From: Azolla caroliniana | Lineage: Eukaryota > Plantae > Polypodiophyta | Direction of reading: 5' to 3' | DNA length: 64,000 nucleotides | Assembly (NCBI GenBank): GCA_043228905.1 | Contig: JBHGNT010000001.1 | Span: 37,200,001 to 37,264,000 of the forward strand | Shown here: positions 28,109-41,968 of the stretch, one piece after another | How positions within the stretch are numbered: position 1 is the first letter of the stretch | Layout: each line of letters opens with the position of its first letter | The notes under the pieces: generated by a model | Database searches by the model: none | What the model was told of the DNA's origin: nothing | Seen by the model: the letters and a program-made list of their open reading frames with translations, nothing else | Made by a program: the position numbers and the translations under genes

Positions 28109-30009
28109 GATGGAAGTGACGGTTATCATGGAACATAAGGCATGGATTTCTTTGTTTATCAACTTGATTATCTCTCTGAGAACAAAAGGAGCACATGATG
28201 TGATGTATTTTGTCGAAAGTGTCGGTAAAAGAATGCTAATGTGAACATGGATGGATTATAATGCATAGATTATAAGTAAATGTTAGATGCACTTCATGAT
28301 TGATTTAATGCTAGCATGTAGAACATGTTGGAAAAGCGTACAACTGTTACACATAACTCTTTACTACAAGAAGCTTGTACAATGAATGGATCCATGGATG
28401 AAAGGAAGAAGAACAGAAGAGAGGAGCTTTTTGACTTTGACTTTGACCCACACCCACATTAAGAAAATTATTGCTTGCTTATTCTCAAAGTTACCTATGT
28501 ATGATTAGCCAAAATTGAGGCTTTATGTACACGGAAATCGAGATTAAATGGACAATTAAGTAAAAAGGCATAATCAACATAATTATTTAGGATATACACT
28601 AATTTGACTACTAAGCATGCTTAAGAATGGTATATTGGCTTGATTTGCCTAAAAACCTACTTTCGTTTAGCATTCAATCGATATCACATTTTGGCACATC
28701 AAGCAAAAAACAATAAATCAAGCTTCTAAAACTTTAAAATTGTGAAACGTGTACCTTTTTTGAGAAGTACAAGTAACAAATTAAGAAGTTTGAATGAATA
28801 CAACATGCTTACTTTCAAAATGAGATCGTGAAATGAGTAAGGTCTTTTCCTACCACAATGACACGTACTCGCTCTCGGCGCAACATGAATTACACAATGG
28901 TTTGAGCAATGTCTTCTTTTATGGTCTTTATTTTTTTACTTTCTATCATTTGCATGAAATTGAATTCCTCAATGGTGGTGTTGTAGGACATTGAAGATAA
29001 ATTGTATTGCAATTTTGGTGAGGTCATGAAATGTGAAGTTAGCAACCAAGTTCAAGATAAAGAATATGCATGCAATCATAGTTCCATGATAATATTAATC
29101 ATCAAAGAAAATATGTCTCCACGTGTTAATGACCTATATCTTCATTCAAACAACATCCACAACCCTTTAACTGATGGCTCGTCCCAAGTCTCTTCATGCC
29201 AAGTAATGTCCATAATCACGATTCACAACCTATCTTGCTTGTTAAGCAATATTTAATCATACAATAAATGTGATAGTAGGGACTTTGTCCTCGAGTGGCC
29301 ATAAGATATATATGATTTAAGTTACATTGGCTTAAGATTTTTGGATTTGCATGGTTTTATTTTTCGTTTCTTTAGCCACTTCCTCTTCAAAATGTACGAA
29401 CCACATATAAATCTAGATCTATTTTTTCCACAAATATTAATGCTTGGACTAGTTAGTGGAATCGATGATATAGTACGACAAAGATGTAAGAATCGTGAAT
29501 TTTGATGTTTGTAAACATCAGGGTACATTAGAGATATCTTTAAATTGTGTAACTAGGTAGGCACATTTTGGGTTAAAGATTGTTGCATCTATTCATTTGG
29601 GTGTGAAAATTTAAAGAGAAACGCAATGGTTTTCACCATAGAATGAACCATACGTATCATACGGGCATTCGCATTCGGGAATGATTCAATCAAACGTGTA
29701 TGGTAAATCATCTCAAAGTTGGATTGGATTGACTAGGGTCTATATTATATATTGATTCACTCTCAATCCCAATAAGTGGACTCTAATCCATTGTGAATCA
29801 CCAACATAAGTATGGTTGCAATATTTGCATTGTATCACATGCATACTTTTGGGATGCGAATCAAGACATCTCTATCATCCTCACTTTAGAACTTTACAAC
29901 AAAATGATTATGAACTATAGAGATAGAATCAAAATGTGTCATTATAAATTATAATCAAACGTTCAAAAACTCATAAAACGTATATTTGAGAATATGAAGA
30001 AAACATGAC

Positions 30010-30360
30010 ATAGGTAGTAGTAGCGTAACAACTTACCACTAGGGTGACCTAATTTCTAATAAGAAAGAAAGAAAAAGGAACATGACACTAACATAAAATT
30101 TTGCCATGACATTGACAAGAGGATATGAGAAAGCTAAGAATTGAACCCAAGACACAAGTAGTAGAAGCACAACAACTTACCACTAGATTGTGCTTAGTTC
30201 TAATAACAAAAATATAAAAGAAAAAAACTATTATAACACTAACATAAAATTTTGCAATGACATGGTACTAATGAGAGAGAAAGAGATGAGAAAATTGGGA
30301 ATCGAGCCCAAAACTTAGACAACGATAGCACGACTCCTTACCACTAGGCTGAGCTGAATT
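30010..30360 (-). repeat. Three degenerate ~150-bp tandem units with tRNA-like A/B boxes (SINE-like)
   Basis: On minus: ctagtggtaag (A-box-like) three times; gggctcgattccc and gggttcaattc (B-box-like) in two units; shared spacer acactaacataaaattttgc(c/a)atgacat. Confidence 0.6.
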
Positions 30361-31952
30361 GTAATAGCTATAAATTTTAAAAAAGAAAATAAAAAGATTA
30401 TGTATTTTTCCCATTTCAAACTTGTTCCTTTCCAAACGTTTGAATGCTTGCACGAACACGAATATTGCGTTCTATGGAACTTTTCACTCATTTTGTTGGC
30501 GAGGAAAATGAAAGTCATTGCCAAGGTTGGGCAGAAAGATGTTTTAGCAACACATTTTTAAGTGTACACGATTCATGATCACAGCTAAAAATGAAAATTG
30601 TAGTAGAACAACACACTAAATCGGAAACGTCAATGAGATGAAAGCACTATGGAGTGTACATATCTAAATGTTACACTCGTTGGTAAGCTTATGGATGAAT
30701 GTATAAGCAAAGTAATTCACACGAGGGACAACTAAAGGTTGGTTGTGACCATATGCCTTCCCATTGTGCACCTAATGTCTCAATTTGCTTATAGTTCGGG
30801 CAAAGGCATAACACAATGGAATTAAGTCGAGGTGTCTACACCTTGCTTGTCTCATTATATTTTACTATGTGCAAGATTCTGAAAAATTTCCTTGTCTATT
30901 TTGTTTAATCAAACTTTAGGGTCATTTTCACATGGAAATGAAGATGTCTAACTGTAAGCGCGATTTGTTAATTATGATTCTACCAAATTTTGGGCATGGG
31001 CATTTTAGTGGGAAGTGTTTTGAAATTACATTTTGGGAGTAAACAAGTTTGCAATAGTGGAGAACTCTTAAACAATAGGCAACTTCGAGAGGATAAAAAA
31101 AAATCTTACATAGTTTGAGGCAACTTCAGTTATAAGTTGACATCATCAATATTAGAAAGGACAGGTATTGCCAATCATACCTAAATTATGTTAACAATAC
31201 TCTAAATGTATACAATGTGAAGTGCACCTTGTAATTTCCTTCATTATGTCGTTAATAATCATTTATACGCAACATGAAGTTCCAAATATAAATAAGTAAA
31301 GCATAAATATAAAACTCTTGTACATTACAAGCCGATTTAGGTCATTTTCCCTTGTTTGGGAGCCCTCAAACAAGTTCGATGATTGGTTTGTACAACTACC
31401 TACTATTGTCTTGAGGATCATTTCATATAGTGTTAATGCCTACACATTGCACATCTATATATCTTTGAGTTCGATGATTGGTTTGCACAAATATCTATGT
31501 GCCCATTAGTAATCATGACATTTATCGCCAAACATATGTCATAGAATAAATATGTAGGCATTAGAGATGCAATGTGTCTATGCTCTTGATTCAAGTTCTT
31601 AGTTAGTTGGTGGGACACCATTATCAAGTCAAGCATCTATACAATTTCAATTAGTTAAGAAGCATATATCTTCGTTCACACATATTAATCATTTAGTAAT
31701 GAACATTATTCGTTCTACAAGTTACAACATTCTAAAAGGCATCCAATTGCTTATGTCAAAGCTAAATGATTTCCCCTCACTATATATTAAAATTGAGGAT
31801 GTCTTATTGGAATGTGGCACTATGCTGAAGAGAGTTTTAAGCCCCCAAGAAGGTACAAATTGAGATCGAATCTACTATTATGTTGGAAGAGATTGATCAA
31901 GAATCTCCCCCATAGTCTTTTTGCATGATCGTGTAGTACAACAACTTTCTTT

Positions 31953-34473
31953 TTATCCTGGGTATGGGAGCAATCCCTTCTCAACACAACACTCCACGGC
32001 AGACTCAAGCATTTCTGGGAGGGTGTGTTTGAATACAAATCCCAGGTTCTTCAATTTTGTGTTGTCCATGTAGTGAGGCACAATCTCTCCAAGGTAATCA
32101 AAGCTACAAGAAAGAATTGGCAGGTTTTTGTTAGTTATGCTTCCCCCAATAGATTGAATGGCATGCCGAATATTAAAGAGTTCAATGAATCACATATAAT
32201 TTAATGAGAAAATATATAAGAATATATTGAAATTGTAATCTTAAAATCAAATCAAGGGGGTAATGTTCGTATGTATGTATGTATGTATGTATGTATGTAT
32301 GCATGCACAGTATGTATGGTGTTACAATTGCTTACTTCTCTGGCAATTTGATCTTGGGGTAGATCTTCTTGAGGATCTCTGCAACCTCAGTGATGGATGC
32401 ATCACAAGCTGACCCGATGAAACGCCCTTTGGCTGCGGGGTTCTCATACAAGAAGATATGGGCATCGATGATATCGTCGATGTGCACATACGAAATGCGC
32501 TTAATGAAATTGTGGTGAGATGTATCCCCTGCCATGTATCCACAAACCCAACAACTTGAAACATCTCTCATGACATGACATGAACACCATTCTACTAATG
32601 AAACTATAAATGAAGCATCTCTTGAAAAAGCAGGCCTCTCTCACCTGTTACAAGTGAGATGGTATCTGCCACACTGTTGGGGATTTTCTCGATCAAGAAA
32701 GGGCCAGCCACCAAAGTTGGCAAGATGGTCACCAAATCTAGCTTGTATTGCTCAGCTAGCTCAAGTGCCTTCTTCTCAGAGAGGGTTTTGGACAAAAAGT
32801 AGGGCTGCCAGAGACGTCAGGTTTATTAGTTCACATCCATGCCTTCATCATATATGACAATAACACATGGCCTTTCTACAAGACTTGATATCCGGGACAG
32901 TTTTCTTCACATTCATGGATATATTAGATGCTCTTACCTTGATACGGTATGGTAAATGGTAGATCTTCCCACATAACATTTTCATAGGTTGCATATACAT
33001 ATTTAACATCCAATTAGAACAAAAGGAAAAACATTTTGGCATTCTTGTCTAACCTACCCATCCATGTGGCTTGTCTCTCACACACATCTCCTCATTCGTC
33101 CAGCACTCCTCAGTGAAATTCTGTTCCGGAATGTCCTCCAGCTGCGTGAAACGTACAGCCGCCGCAGATGAAGTGAACACGATCCTCTTAATTGTCGGAG
33201 CTTTCGAGCATGATTTCATCACATTGATGGTCCCCTGCACTGCAGGGTCAATGCAATCTCTCTGTGACAAAAGGTTCAAAAAGGATCCATCAATAAAGAG
33301 ACTGGAAAATACGAATGAGAAAAATGATAGCGTTGCCTTAACAAGAATACTGAATATCATACGCATTATAAAAACATAAAAAACAAAACTGTAAAGAGGA
33401 AGCATGTGAGGACTCACGTAAGGGTCTTCGAAAGAGAATTCAGTGGGGGAAGCACAATGGAAGACACCATCACATCCGTAGACCGCTTCATCAAATCCCC
33501 CTTCATCAAGCAATTGGCCTTTCACGAGTTGCAGCCTTTCTTTAGCACCAGGCAAGTTACTTAGGATTTGTGTCTTCTTTGGGTCGTCTACAAGTGAGAA
33601 GATCAAAAGAAAAAGGAAAATCGAAGTGTTAATACTATGGATAAGAAAAAATATTTGGAAGTACTAAAATTAAGTGTTGTCCAGACAGAGGAGATAAAGA
33701 GAGAGAAATTGATGAACGATAGGATAGACGTTGTTACACATGTGAAACAATGTGAATGGAGAGAAAAAGCGTGGAAATCCTTGCAACGGTGAGCAGAAGA
33801 AGACTGAGAGTTGCTAAGGATTGAAATCATTACATGGTATTCACTAAGTACACCATCTAATCATCATTGGGTACTTAGCTACCTTCAACAAAAATAAAAA
33901 AATTTATCACATGAACCATCCCATATATATATGTATACTCACTATGAAAAATAATTATAGTGTGTATACATGTAAGGATCGGATATTTCCAAAACATCCT
34001 TCAGCTCAGTTATAGATTACACTTAACAGTTTTTGAAAAAAAATTGCCTTTGGATCATGAAGTCAAAGGTAGAGAAAAAAACCTCCATATTTCTGAGAAA
34101 GAATCTACATGAAAAGCATTCAGATATCAACAAAATTTACCTTCAATAATTAGTTTGTTTTCCGATTTCTTTCATTCTTTTCACACAATGGCGTAGTTTA
34201 TTTTTCTTAATGCAAAATGTGAATTTAGGGCCTGGGGTTATTTTGTCTCTGGATGATTTAATAGGATCTTCATAATGCAGAGATATTTTACGGTTGTGAA
34301 GAAATCAGTGAGGGCAAAAAGGACGGAAAGATACCTGGGTTCCTCACGGTAGCTCGGACTCTGTATCCTTTTTCCAGCAACCTCTTCACCAGCCAAGTGC
34401 CCAAATGTCCTGAAGCACCAGTCACGCAGACTAGCTGAGGTCGAGAGTAGTTCCCTTCAGCAGGAGGAGCCAT
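31953..34473 (-). CDS. Dihydroflavonol 4-reductase-like NAD(P)H-dependent reductase (extended SDR, DFR/ANR/CCR superfamily), 6 exons, 338 aa
   Basis: Exons (minus): 34473-34335, 33587-33418, 33261-33058, 32804-32645, 32528-32336, 32103-31953 (1017 nt, all GT-AG). Motifs: [35 protein letters not shown], catalytic GWPYFLSK. The 6-exon layout is typical of DFR genes. Confidence 0.93.
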
Positions 34474-34726
34474 TGTGGAAGAGAGAAAGAGACAATAAAA
34501 ACAGAGAAGCTCTGGAGAAGGGAGGGGGGGGGGCAGGGAAAGAGGTGATTGATGATGGCGAAGGATTGAGCTGAGCTCTGGAATCCTTCGTCTGACTTAA
34601 TGTATGAGTATGTATGTATAGGCAGGCACGAGAAGCAGCATGTATGTAGTATGTATGGAATGTGAAGCGAAGAAAGTGAGTGATGAATGAAACACACACA
34701 AAGCACGTGCTTCCTCAACTTCATAC

Positions 34727-34746
34727 TTCTCCTTCTCCTTCTCCTT

Positions 34747-34776
<30 letters not shown>
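34727..34776. repeat. (CTTCTC)n/(CTT)n microsatellite upstream of the DFR-like gene
   Basis: Directly visible. Confidence 0.9.
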
Positions 34777-34777
<1 letters not shown>

Positions 34778-36254
34778 ATTAAAGAGAGAGATAGAGAGAG
34801 ATTCCTTCCCAAAACCAAACGAGGTACTTGCGGTATGCCACAACTTGTGTATGTGTGTCTACAGTGAGTGTGCTTACTGAAACTTAATGAAAAAACACAC
34901 GTGAGTAGTCAAGCAAGCGTAAGGATTGGAATTTGATCGGTTGGCCGAAAGAACATAGTTACTTGTCCATGGACAACTCGATTTCTCATTCACTCTATTG
35001 CCCATGATGACTAAGAAATAACGCTATTCAGAGTCCCCCCATCCCATGATCACTTGCTTCTTCTTATGATGTTTACATGATGGTACATACGTCGTTTGGC
35101 CATGGGAAATAAGGCTTCCGAAGGTAGGTATACCACTCTTGAAGAAATATATTTGAAGGAAAGCGTTGTCAAGGACTCGATTCATTCACGACTCTATCTT
35201 TGTTCATCAAAGTAATTTGCTTAATCTCGGCTTTAACCTTGATCACCTAACGACGTTGCTTTTCCAACTCTCCTTACCTTGCCAATGAAAGGTGTGGATG
35301 CTTAGTAGCTAAGTTATCTTATTAAATTCCATGATGCTTCCTTTTCAAGGAACTCAAAACCCTAGCTTAGTAAACAATATTGACAAATTTAGAGGAAGGT
35401 ATTAAAAACAATAAACCATTGGCAAACTACTTTTCTACAACATTGAGCTACCCCCTAATAAATTTGGGCTTAAAATCTTCACGTTTTGACCATTTAATTT
35501 TCGTCGAATCATTGATAAATTAAAGTATTATGATGTACATGACAAGTAAATTGTTGAAACGGGTTTCCTAATTACAAGGTTCAATGACTTTTGTATCCTA
35601 CCTCATTTGAGGGACGACATTGCTCCCCAAACCAATATAAAATATTCATGCATGCTTTCGAAGGAAATCTATTAATCGTGTTTAAGGTTAGATGTAGACT
35701 CTCTCGATAGGTTTTGATTATTGTATAGTAAGTCGACATTAGATTTATAGAAATATTTCAAGATTAGTTAAAAACAAACAATGCATTAGTGATGGGTTGA
35801 TTAGAGAGCATGATGTGCTTTTTCTTGATGCTATCTTGCAACATAGGGATGCCACATTGTTGTGCCTTGTTCTCATGGGCTTCTAATGTTACATGTTCAT
35901 CATATACTCAACCCTTTCATGTTAGTGGCCGACTCTCGTAATTGGTCTCTTTCTTTTATGAAGGGGTGTAATTTGAGCATTATCACTCTCTCCAATAGAT
36001 CATTGGAAGGATTCTTGTCTAATGTTCTCGCCTTCTTCTAATGGTGACATGCTTACAATTTGTGTGGGAACTTTTACCAAGCTCGTTGGCCTTGTTTGAA
36101 AAACACGACGAAGATTCAATTATTAGGAAATTTTAATAAATTTATTATGATGAAGAAAACTTAAGCTCTAGATGGTATTGTTGGGACATTCTAGGCATTC
36201 TCTTTGTACTTCCCTTTGTTAACTTAATCATTTGTTTCAAGAGATCACAAAAAG

Positions 36255-36710
36255 TGTTAGAGCTAGATCCTAATGTAAGCATGAGATAATAATATAATAG
36301 ATAGAAAAATAAGAGAGGGGAGAGAAGAAGGGTGTCGATCCAACCGACCACCTCGGAACGAAGGGATCGAGACGGATTTGAGCCTAGATCGGCGTCCCAT
36401 ACTACCGCCATGGCGTTGAGTCGTACCTAGTACTAGCACGTTCGCTACAAGAGTTTGATCCACCTCAAAGGTCAGAGTCTCGACGTAGTCAAGAGGTGTC
36501 AAATGAGGGTAGCTAGATCTCATATTTATAGCCAGACCTAAGGAACCTAGGCAAGTTCACACTTGACTTTAATGGGTTGTCTCAATACCAAGGATTAAAA
36601 GTAATCCTTCCATTCTTGACACTCTCATTTAACCCACACACTTTATCCACGTGTATAGAATAATACATTACAATCTTACCATGGGATATTATATGGTCCT
36701 ACACCTAACA
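36255..36710 (-). repeat. 3' LTR of the gypsy element
   Basis: tgttag...cctaaca, homologous to 55207-55583 but with an extra ~80-bp internal segment; PPT adjacent. Confidence 0.9.
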
Positions 36711-36749
36711 TACTCCCCTCCCCCTCTTTAAAACATTGCACTCTTGTAA

Positions 36750-39700
36750 TGAAAAGTTAGGGAAGTTAGTTTTAAGAGTGTTTTCTCGTTCCCATGTAGC
36801 ATATTGTATAAACTTATCCATCCATTTAATTTAAATTCTCAGGTTATTTTAGAGTGCAAATTTTTCGTTTTAACATTAAGAATTCTTTCTAGTATATGTG
36901 GTTTAGAAGTTAATTCTTCAAAATGTAACCAGAGTTTCAGTTGTGACTGTATTGTCGTTAGAACCAATAAGTTCTTTTAGACGACTTACATGAAAAACTG
37001 GATGGATTTCAATGTCATCAGGAGGAGCGAGATGATAGGCTGATGAGCCAATGCGTTTGAGGACTGTAAAAGGTCCACAAAACCGTGGGGCTAACTTAGC
37101 GCACTTACCCGTAGACAATGTCTTAGAATTGTGAGGTACACGTAAAAATACCTTCTATCCATGCTTGAATACACATGGTTGCCTATTATGATCAGCATAA
37201 AAACGCGCTCTATCTTGATCAATTTTTATATTATCTCGTGCAATATGCAACATATCTTGCATATCCGAAGAAAGTTTTGCATACTTCGCAACTCATCATG
37301 ATGTATATTAACATCAATCGAGGCTTGTGGCTGAAAACCATACATCAACATAAAATGACTTTATCCTATCAGCGTATGCTTGGAGCTATTATAAGCAAAC
37401 TCCAAAATTAGGAGATAACGTTCCCATTTTGTTGGCTTTGCACCAACATATGCTCGAAGCATGTCCTCAATAATTTGTTTACTAGTCTTGTCTGTCCATC
37501 GGATTGAGGATGATCTGTGGAGCTCATGCTCAATGTAGTTTCTAACTTCTTAAAGACTTGCACCCAAAAGTCGTTGGTAAACTTTGGATCAATCACTCGC
37601 GATATCCATCAGTAATCCATAAAAATGAAATAACTTGTCAACAAATTGGTAAGCCAATTCAGGAGTTGTTCCCGTGGTTTTAGTAGCAATAAATCTGGTC
37701 ATTTTAGTTAGTCTATCAACCACAACCCAAATGGCATCATGGTCTTTTTGGGTGCGAGGAAGGCTAACAATAAAATCCATGGATATACTTTCCCACTTAT
37801 TGGTGGGAATTTCCAAGGGATGTAAAAGTCCAACGGCTTTAAGTTGCTCAGATTTGTTAACCTGACATTAGTGACATTTAGTCACATAGTTATGTATGTC
37901 AGGACGCATCTTAGGCCAATAGAATTGAGTGGGGATGAGAATGAGTGCGCCATGTATTCCAGGGTGCCCTGTTGAGGGTGCATCATGGCATTCAAAAAGA
38001 ATTCTGTTTTTGACCTCAGGCAAACCTTCCCATTATGGTAGAGCATACCGTTAACAATGTGGAAGGATTCCTTCGAGGTTGTGGCGATGTATGTTCCAAA
38101 ATCAACTCTTGCCTAGTATTTTCCACAATAACTGTCATCAGGATACTTTCCTCGAAGGTGATCATAAAGATATGATATTATTTCAATGGAGCTAAGCATG
38201 TTAACTTCATGGATGCGACTCAGTGCATCAACGACAGTATTCATGGAACCTTTACGATATTGTATGGAAAAATCAAAGTCCTGGATGAGATCTGCCATCG
38301 TGCCTTACAACCTTTAAGGTCTTGTTGGGCACAAAAATATTTGAAGGACTCGTGGTCCGTAGTTACCACAAAACGATTTCCATAAAGATAATGGCGACAT
38401 GACTTCAACGCATGGATAACTGCAAATAATTCATTTTCTTGCACAGTATATCAACATTGAGTAGAATCAAGTTTCTTACTCTCAAATGTTATTGGTTTAC
38501 CATCTTGATATAGGATGACACCTATAGCATAATCACTTGTGTCGGTTTCAACCTGAAAAAGGTTTTGAAGGATTTGGTAAAAGAGGCGAAGGAGCCTTTC
38601 ACACTAGGTCCTTGAGTTCCTTAAAGGCGAGGTCTAGTGTAGTATTCCATACAATAGGTTTTGTAGACTTACATGTCTGACCTTTTAGAAAATCAGTAAA
38701 TGGCATCGTTAATTGGGAATAATTGCGAAGAGATTTTCGCAAAAACTCGACAAACCCAAGGAATGATTAGACTTCTCTTATATTTTGAAGGATGGGCCAA
38801 AGTTTGACTTTCTCGATGCAAGATGGGTCAATTTCAACTCCTCGTTTGGTTATGAGATGATAAGTAATTAATTTCTTGAAGAACTCGCATTTTGAGATAT
38901 TCGCATAGAATTGCTTGTCGCGCAATGTTTGTAAAACAAAGCTGACATGTTTAATATGTTCTTCTAATGTACGACTATAGACTAGAATATCATCCAAGAA
39001 AATAACAACAAATTTTCCAAGTGGGTCTCGGAAAATGTCATTCATTTCTTGTTGAAATGTGGCCAGAGCATTGGTCAAACCGAAAAGGCCTGACCAAAAA
39101 CTCGTAATGGTCATAGCGCGTACGAAATGTCGTTTTAGGAACATCCTCCTCACTTATACAAATTTGATGGTAGCATGTAAGAAGATCAAGTTTCGTAAAA
39201 TATCGAGCTCCTTGAAGACAATCAATTAAATCGTTTGTCCGGGGCAATGGATATGAATTCGTGATCGTCACTTTATTTAAGCGTCGGTAATTAATACACA
39301 TACGCCATGCACCCTCTTTCTTTTTTACCAAAAGAACAGGTGCACCCCATGGGGATTTACTATAACGTACGTCGTATATAACCCATTCGTAAATAGTTCT
39401 TGAGTTGCTTAGATACCTCACCCTCTTCCAATCGACTTAGCGATACAGAGGTATACTTCTTTGAACATTTCGGGTTGGCTCCTAATAAATATGCAATTTC
39501 TCGTTTCGTCTCAACTTTCCCGGTCATTTCAGATACAATATTTAAGTATCAGATTTTTCGTCATTTGAATCGTACATCCCCCTCAATTGTAGCGACTCAT
39601 CACATAATGAGTGAATGAAGATTTTAAAACCTAAACCGCATCTGACGACAGGCGAAGGATTGGACACATCTTTCGTAACGATCCAACCCACCTATCCCAC

Positions 39701-40200
39701 GCTTCTTAGCCATTCACGAATAATTGAAAGAATGGTGCAACGTTAGATATAATATCTATACTATGGTCTATATTACATTTAGGTGGTAACCCATGTGGTA
39801 GTTCACTCAGAAAAACATCATGAAAATCATTTAAGATTTCATCGAGTTGTGGTTCAAAATATGATAAATGACCCAAGACACTATCAATATTATAAACATG
39901 AATGTTCAGATCAAGTACACAATAAAATAAAGAAGAACAAGACAACTCGGATATTGATGGAGAAGAAACAATCGAAAGAGATTGTTTTTTTACACATTGA
40001 ATGAAATGAGTACAATTGTTTAGTATGAAGGCAATGGAATGGTGAACCTAATCAATAGATAAGGTAGAGTTTTATTAAAAAACTAGGGATAACCCAGTAT
40101 TACATCAGTGGTATAATGATTCATTACATTGAAGTCTACTTCCTCTATATAAGTATCAATGGAAATTCATAATAAATGAATCGCCCCGTTGATGTATTGT
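36750..40200 (-). pseudogene. Disrupted gypsy pol (protease C-terminus, RT, RNase H, integrase, chromodomain)
   Basis: DVILGYP; [24 protein letters not shown]; VIFLDDILVYS; ENELFAVIHALK; WESISMDFI; HPQSDGQT; KLAPRFCGPF...HPVFHVSRL; chromodomain-like KWM...ATWE. Many stops and frameshifts. Confidence 0.92.
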
Positions 40201-40204
40201 ACTC

Positions 40205-41968
40205 TTTTGTTTTTTGTTTTTTTTTCCCAAAAAAAGATACTACATTAGTTAGTATTAGAAAACGCCGCAAGGCTAAACATACAAGATATACCACCGATCC
40301 CCTATGTTTTTCTAAATTCTAACCATTGGCTTAAATAAACACTTTGGTGTTGAGTAGAACCACTCCACCTTATCAAAACGTCGTCTATAAAATATACCTA
40401 TGTCCCAAATGGCATGAAACTCCACATGCTTAAGCTCCACTTGATGCGTATTACCTTATATACTATCCAAAATCCCTCTGAGGTTATGCACAATCTCTAT
40501 CCAAATTCCCGAAATTAGTTGGGCAAGTCTTTCTTTCACATTTTGAAACACCTTCAAACATTGAGCCTTCCAAATATACCAATTGTAATACTACTTACCA
40601 ATTGCCATACTTGAGGTTTATCCGTTTGTATTTGTGGATTCAGAGGGGTCAATTTTATTTCCATCAAACCATGTCTCATCATAATAGCATATGCAACCTC
40701 CTCCTGTTCATATACCATCGGTTTATCATGCACCACCGTCCATAATACTGCACCCCATGTGTACACTACTCTAGGATATATTGGAGTTAATAAATTTATG
40801 ATTTGTTTCCATATGTCCAGAGCAAAACCAAAACGCCACAAACAATGTTTAGAAGTCTCTATTACATTTGTACAGAAAGGGCACATCTTGTCTACATTTC
40901 CTTTTCGCCACCCATTAACTGGTATAGCATTATGAACCAACAACCATTGAAAACAAACAATTTTCCTACTCATTGTTATACCCCATAACCATCTCCAAAA
41001 TTGTTTAAGATGTTGTGGAGAAAGTTCATTTTGTCTCCAAACAACATTTGTAGTTGGTTCTTTGCATGATCTAGCACCTAATATTTTCCTACCAACCTTC
41101 ACAGAATACTGAAAGAATGGTATGTATTTGATGTTATCTTGCACCCACACCTTCCAATACAGTTCTCCAGGATCCCAAGTTAATTTAGATATTGGTCTCC
41201 TTTCCAATATCCAAATCCTCCAAAAAAAATCACCTTTTGAGGATCCTGAATACGTATTTGATGATTTGTTTAGGTTTTGCAATCACCCTCAGTTCTTTCT
41301 GTAAACAAAACCTAAACAAATCATTTTCCAAAGGTGTAAAGATTAACCTACCATCATCTTGTACATCAAAATTCATACACTTTTGTTCCCCATATATAGG
41401 CTTTAACTCCAATTAAAACATCCAATGGAGTAAATAAACCCATCCACTTCTGTGTAGCAGATCCAATTTGCATTTGAACATTAAAAAGGGCATTCTGGAT
41501 TGCAGAATACATTATCTTCCCACCCCTTATATTACTAATTAATATCATTTGTTGATCTATAGGTTTAGACAAAAATGTTGTCCATGCACCTATAGATTGT
41601 GTTGGCCCACAATCTAATTCTGCCCATGCACATCTAGTATGCATTCCCAACATTTGTCCTCTTTGGTCAGTCAACCATGAATTCCAAATTAGAGGTTGTC
41701 TACATAATTCAGATTCTGTTTTTGGCAATGTCTTAACTAAATCAAGAGAAATATCTTTCCATGCATTAAGAACACATCGAGCAAATCTCTCTTCCCAATT
41801 TGTAGCAATAGCCAATTTGTTATGTTCCATAAAAGCCCATCTAAAACTAGGCCTCCAATCTCCACCCGTCTTGGGACAAAACCTTTTGATGTATTATACT
41901 CTTCCATCAACCAAGTGCAACTTATAGGTGTGATCACTTACGGTGGGTTGGATCCCCCATATTTGAAC
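40205..41968 (-). mobile_element. LINE (L1/Tx1-like) 3' fragment inserted in the gypsy protease region
   Basis: T-rich tract 40205-40225 is a poly(A) tail on minus. ORF2 C-terminus with zf-RVT-like FWRWLWG...KIVCFQWLLVHNAIPVNGWR...CPFC...ETSKHCLW; frameshifted. Confidence 0.85.
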
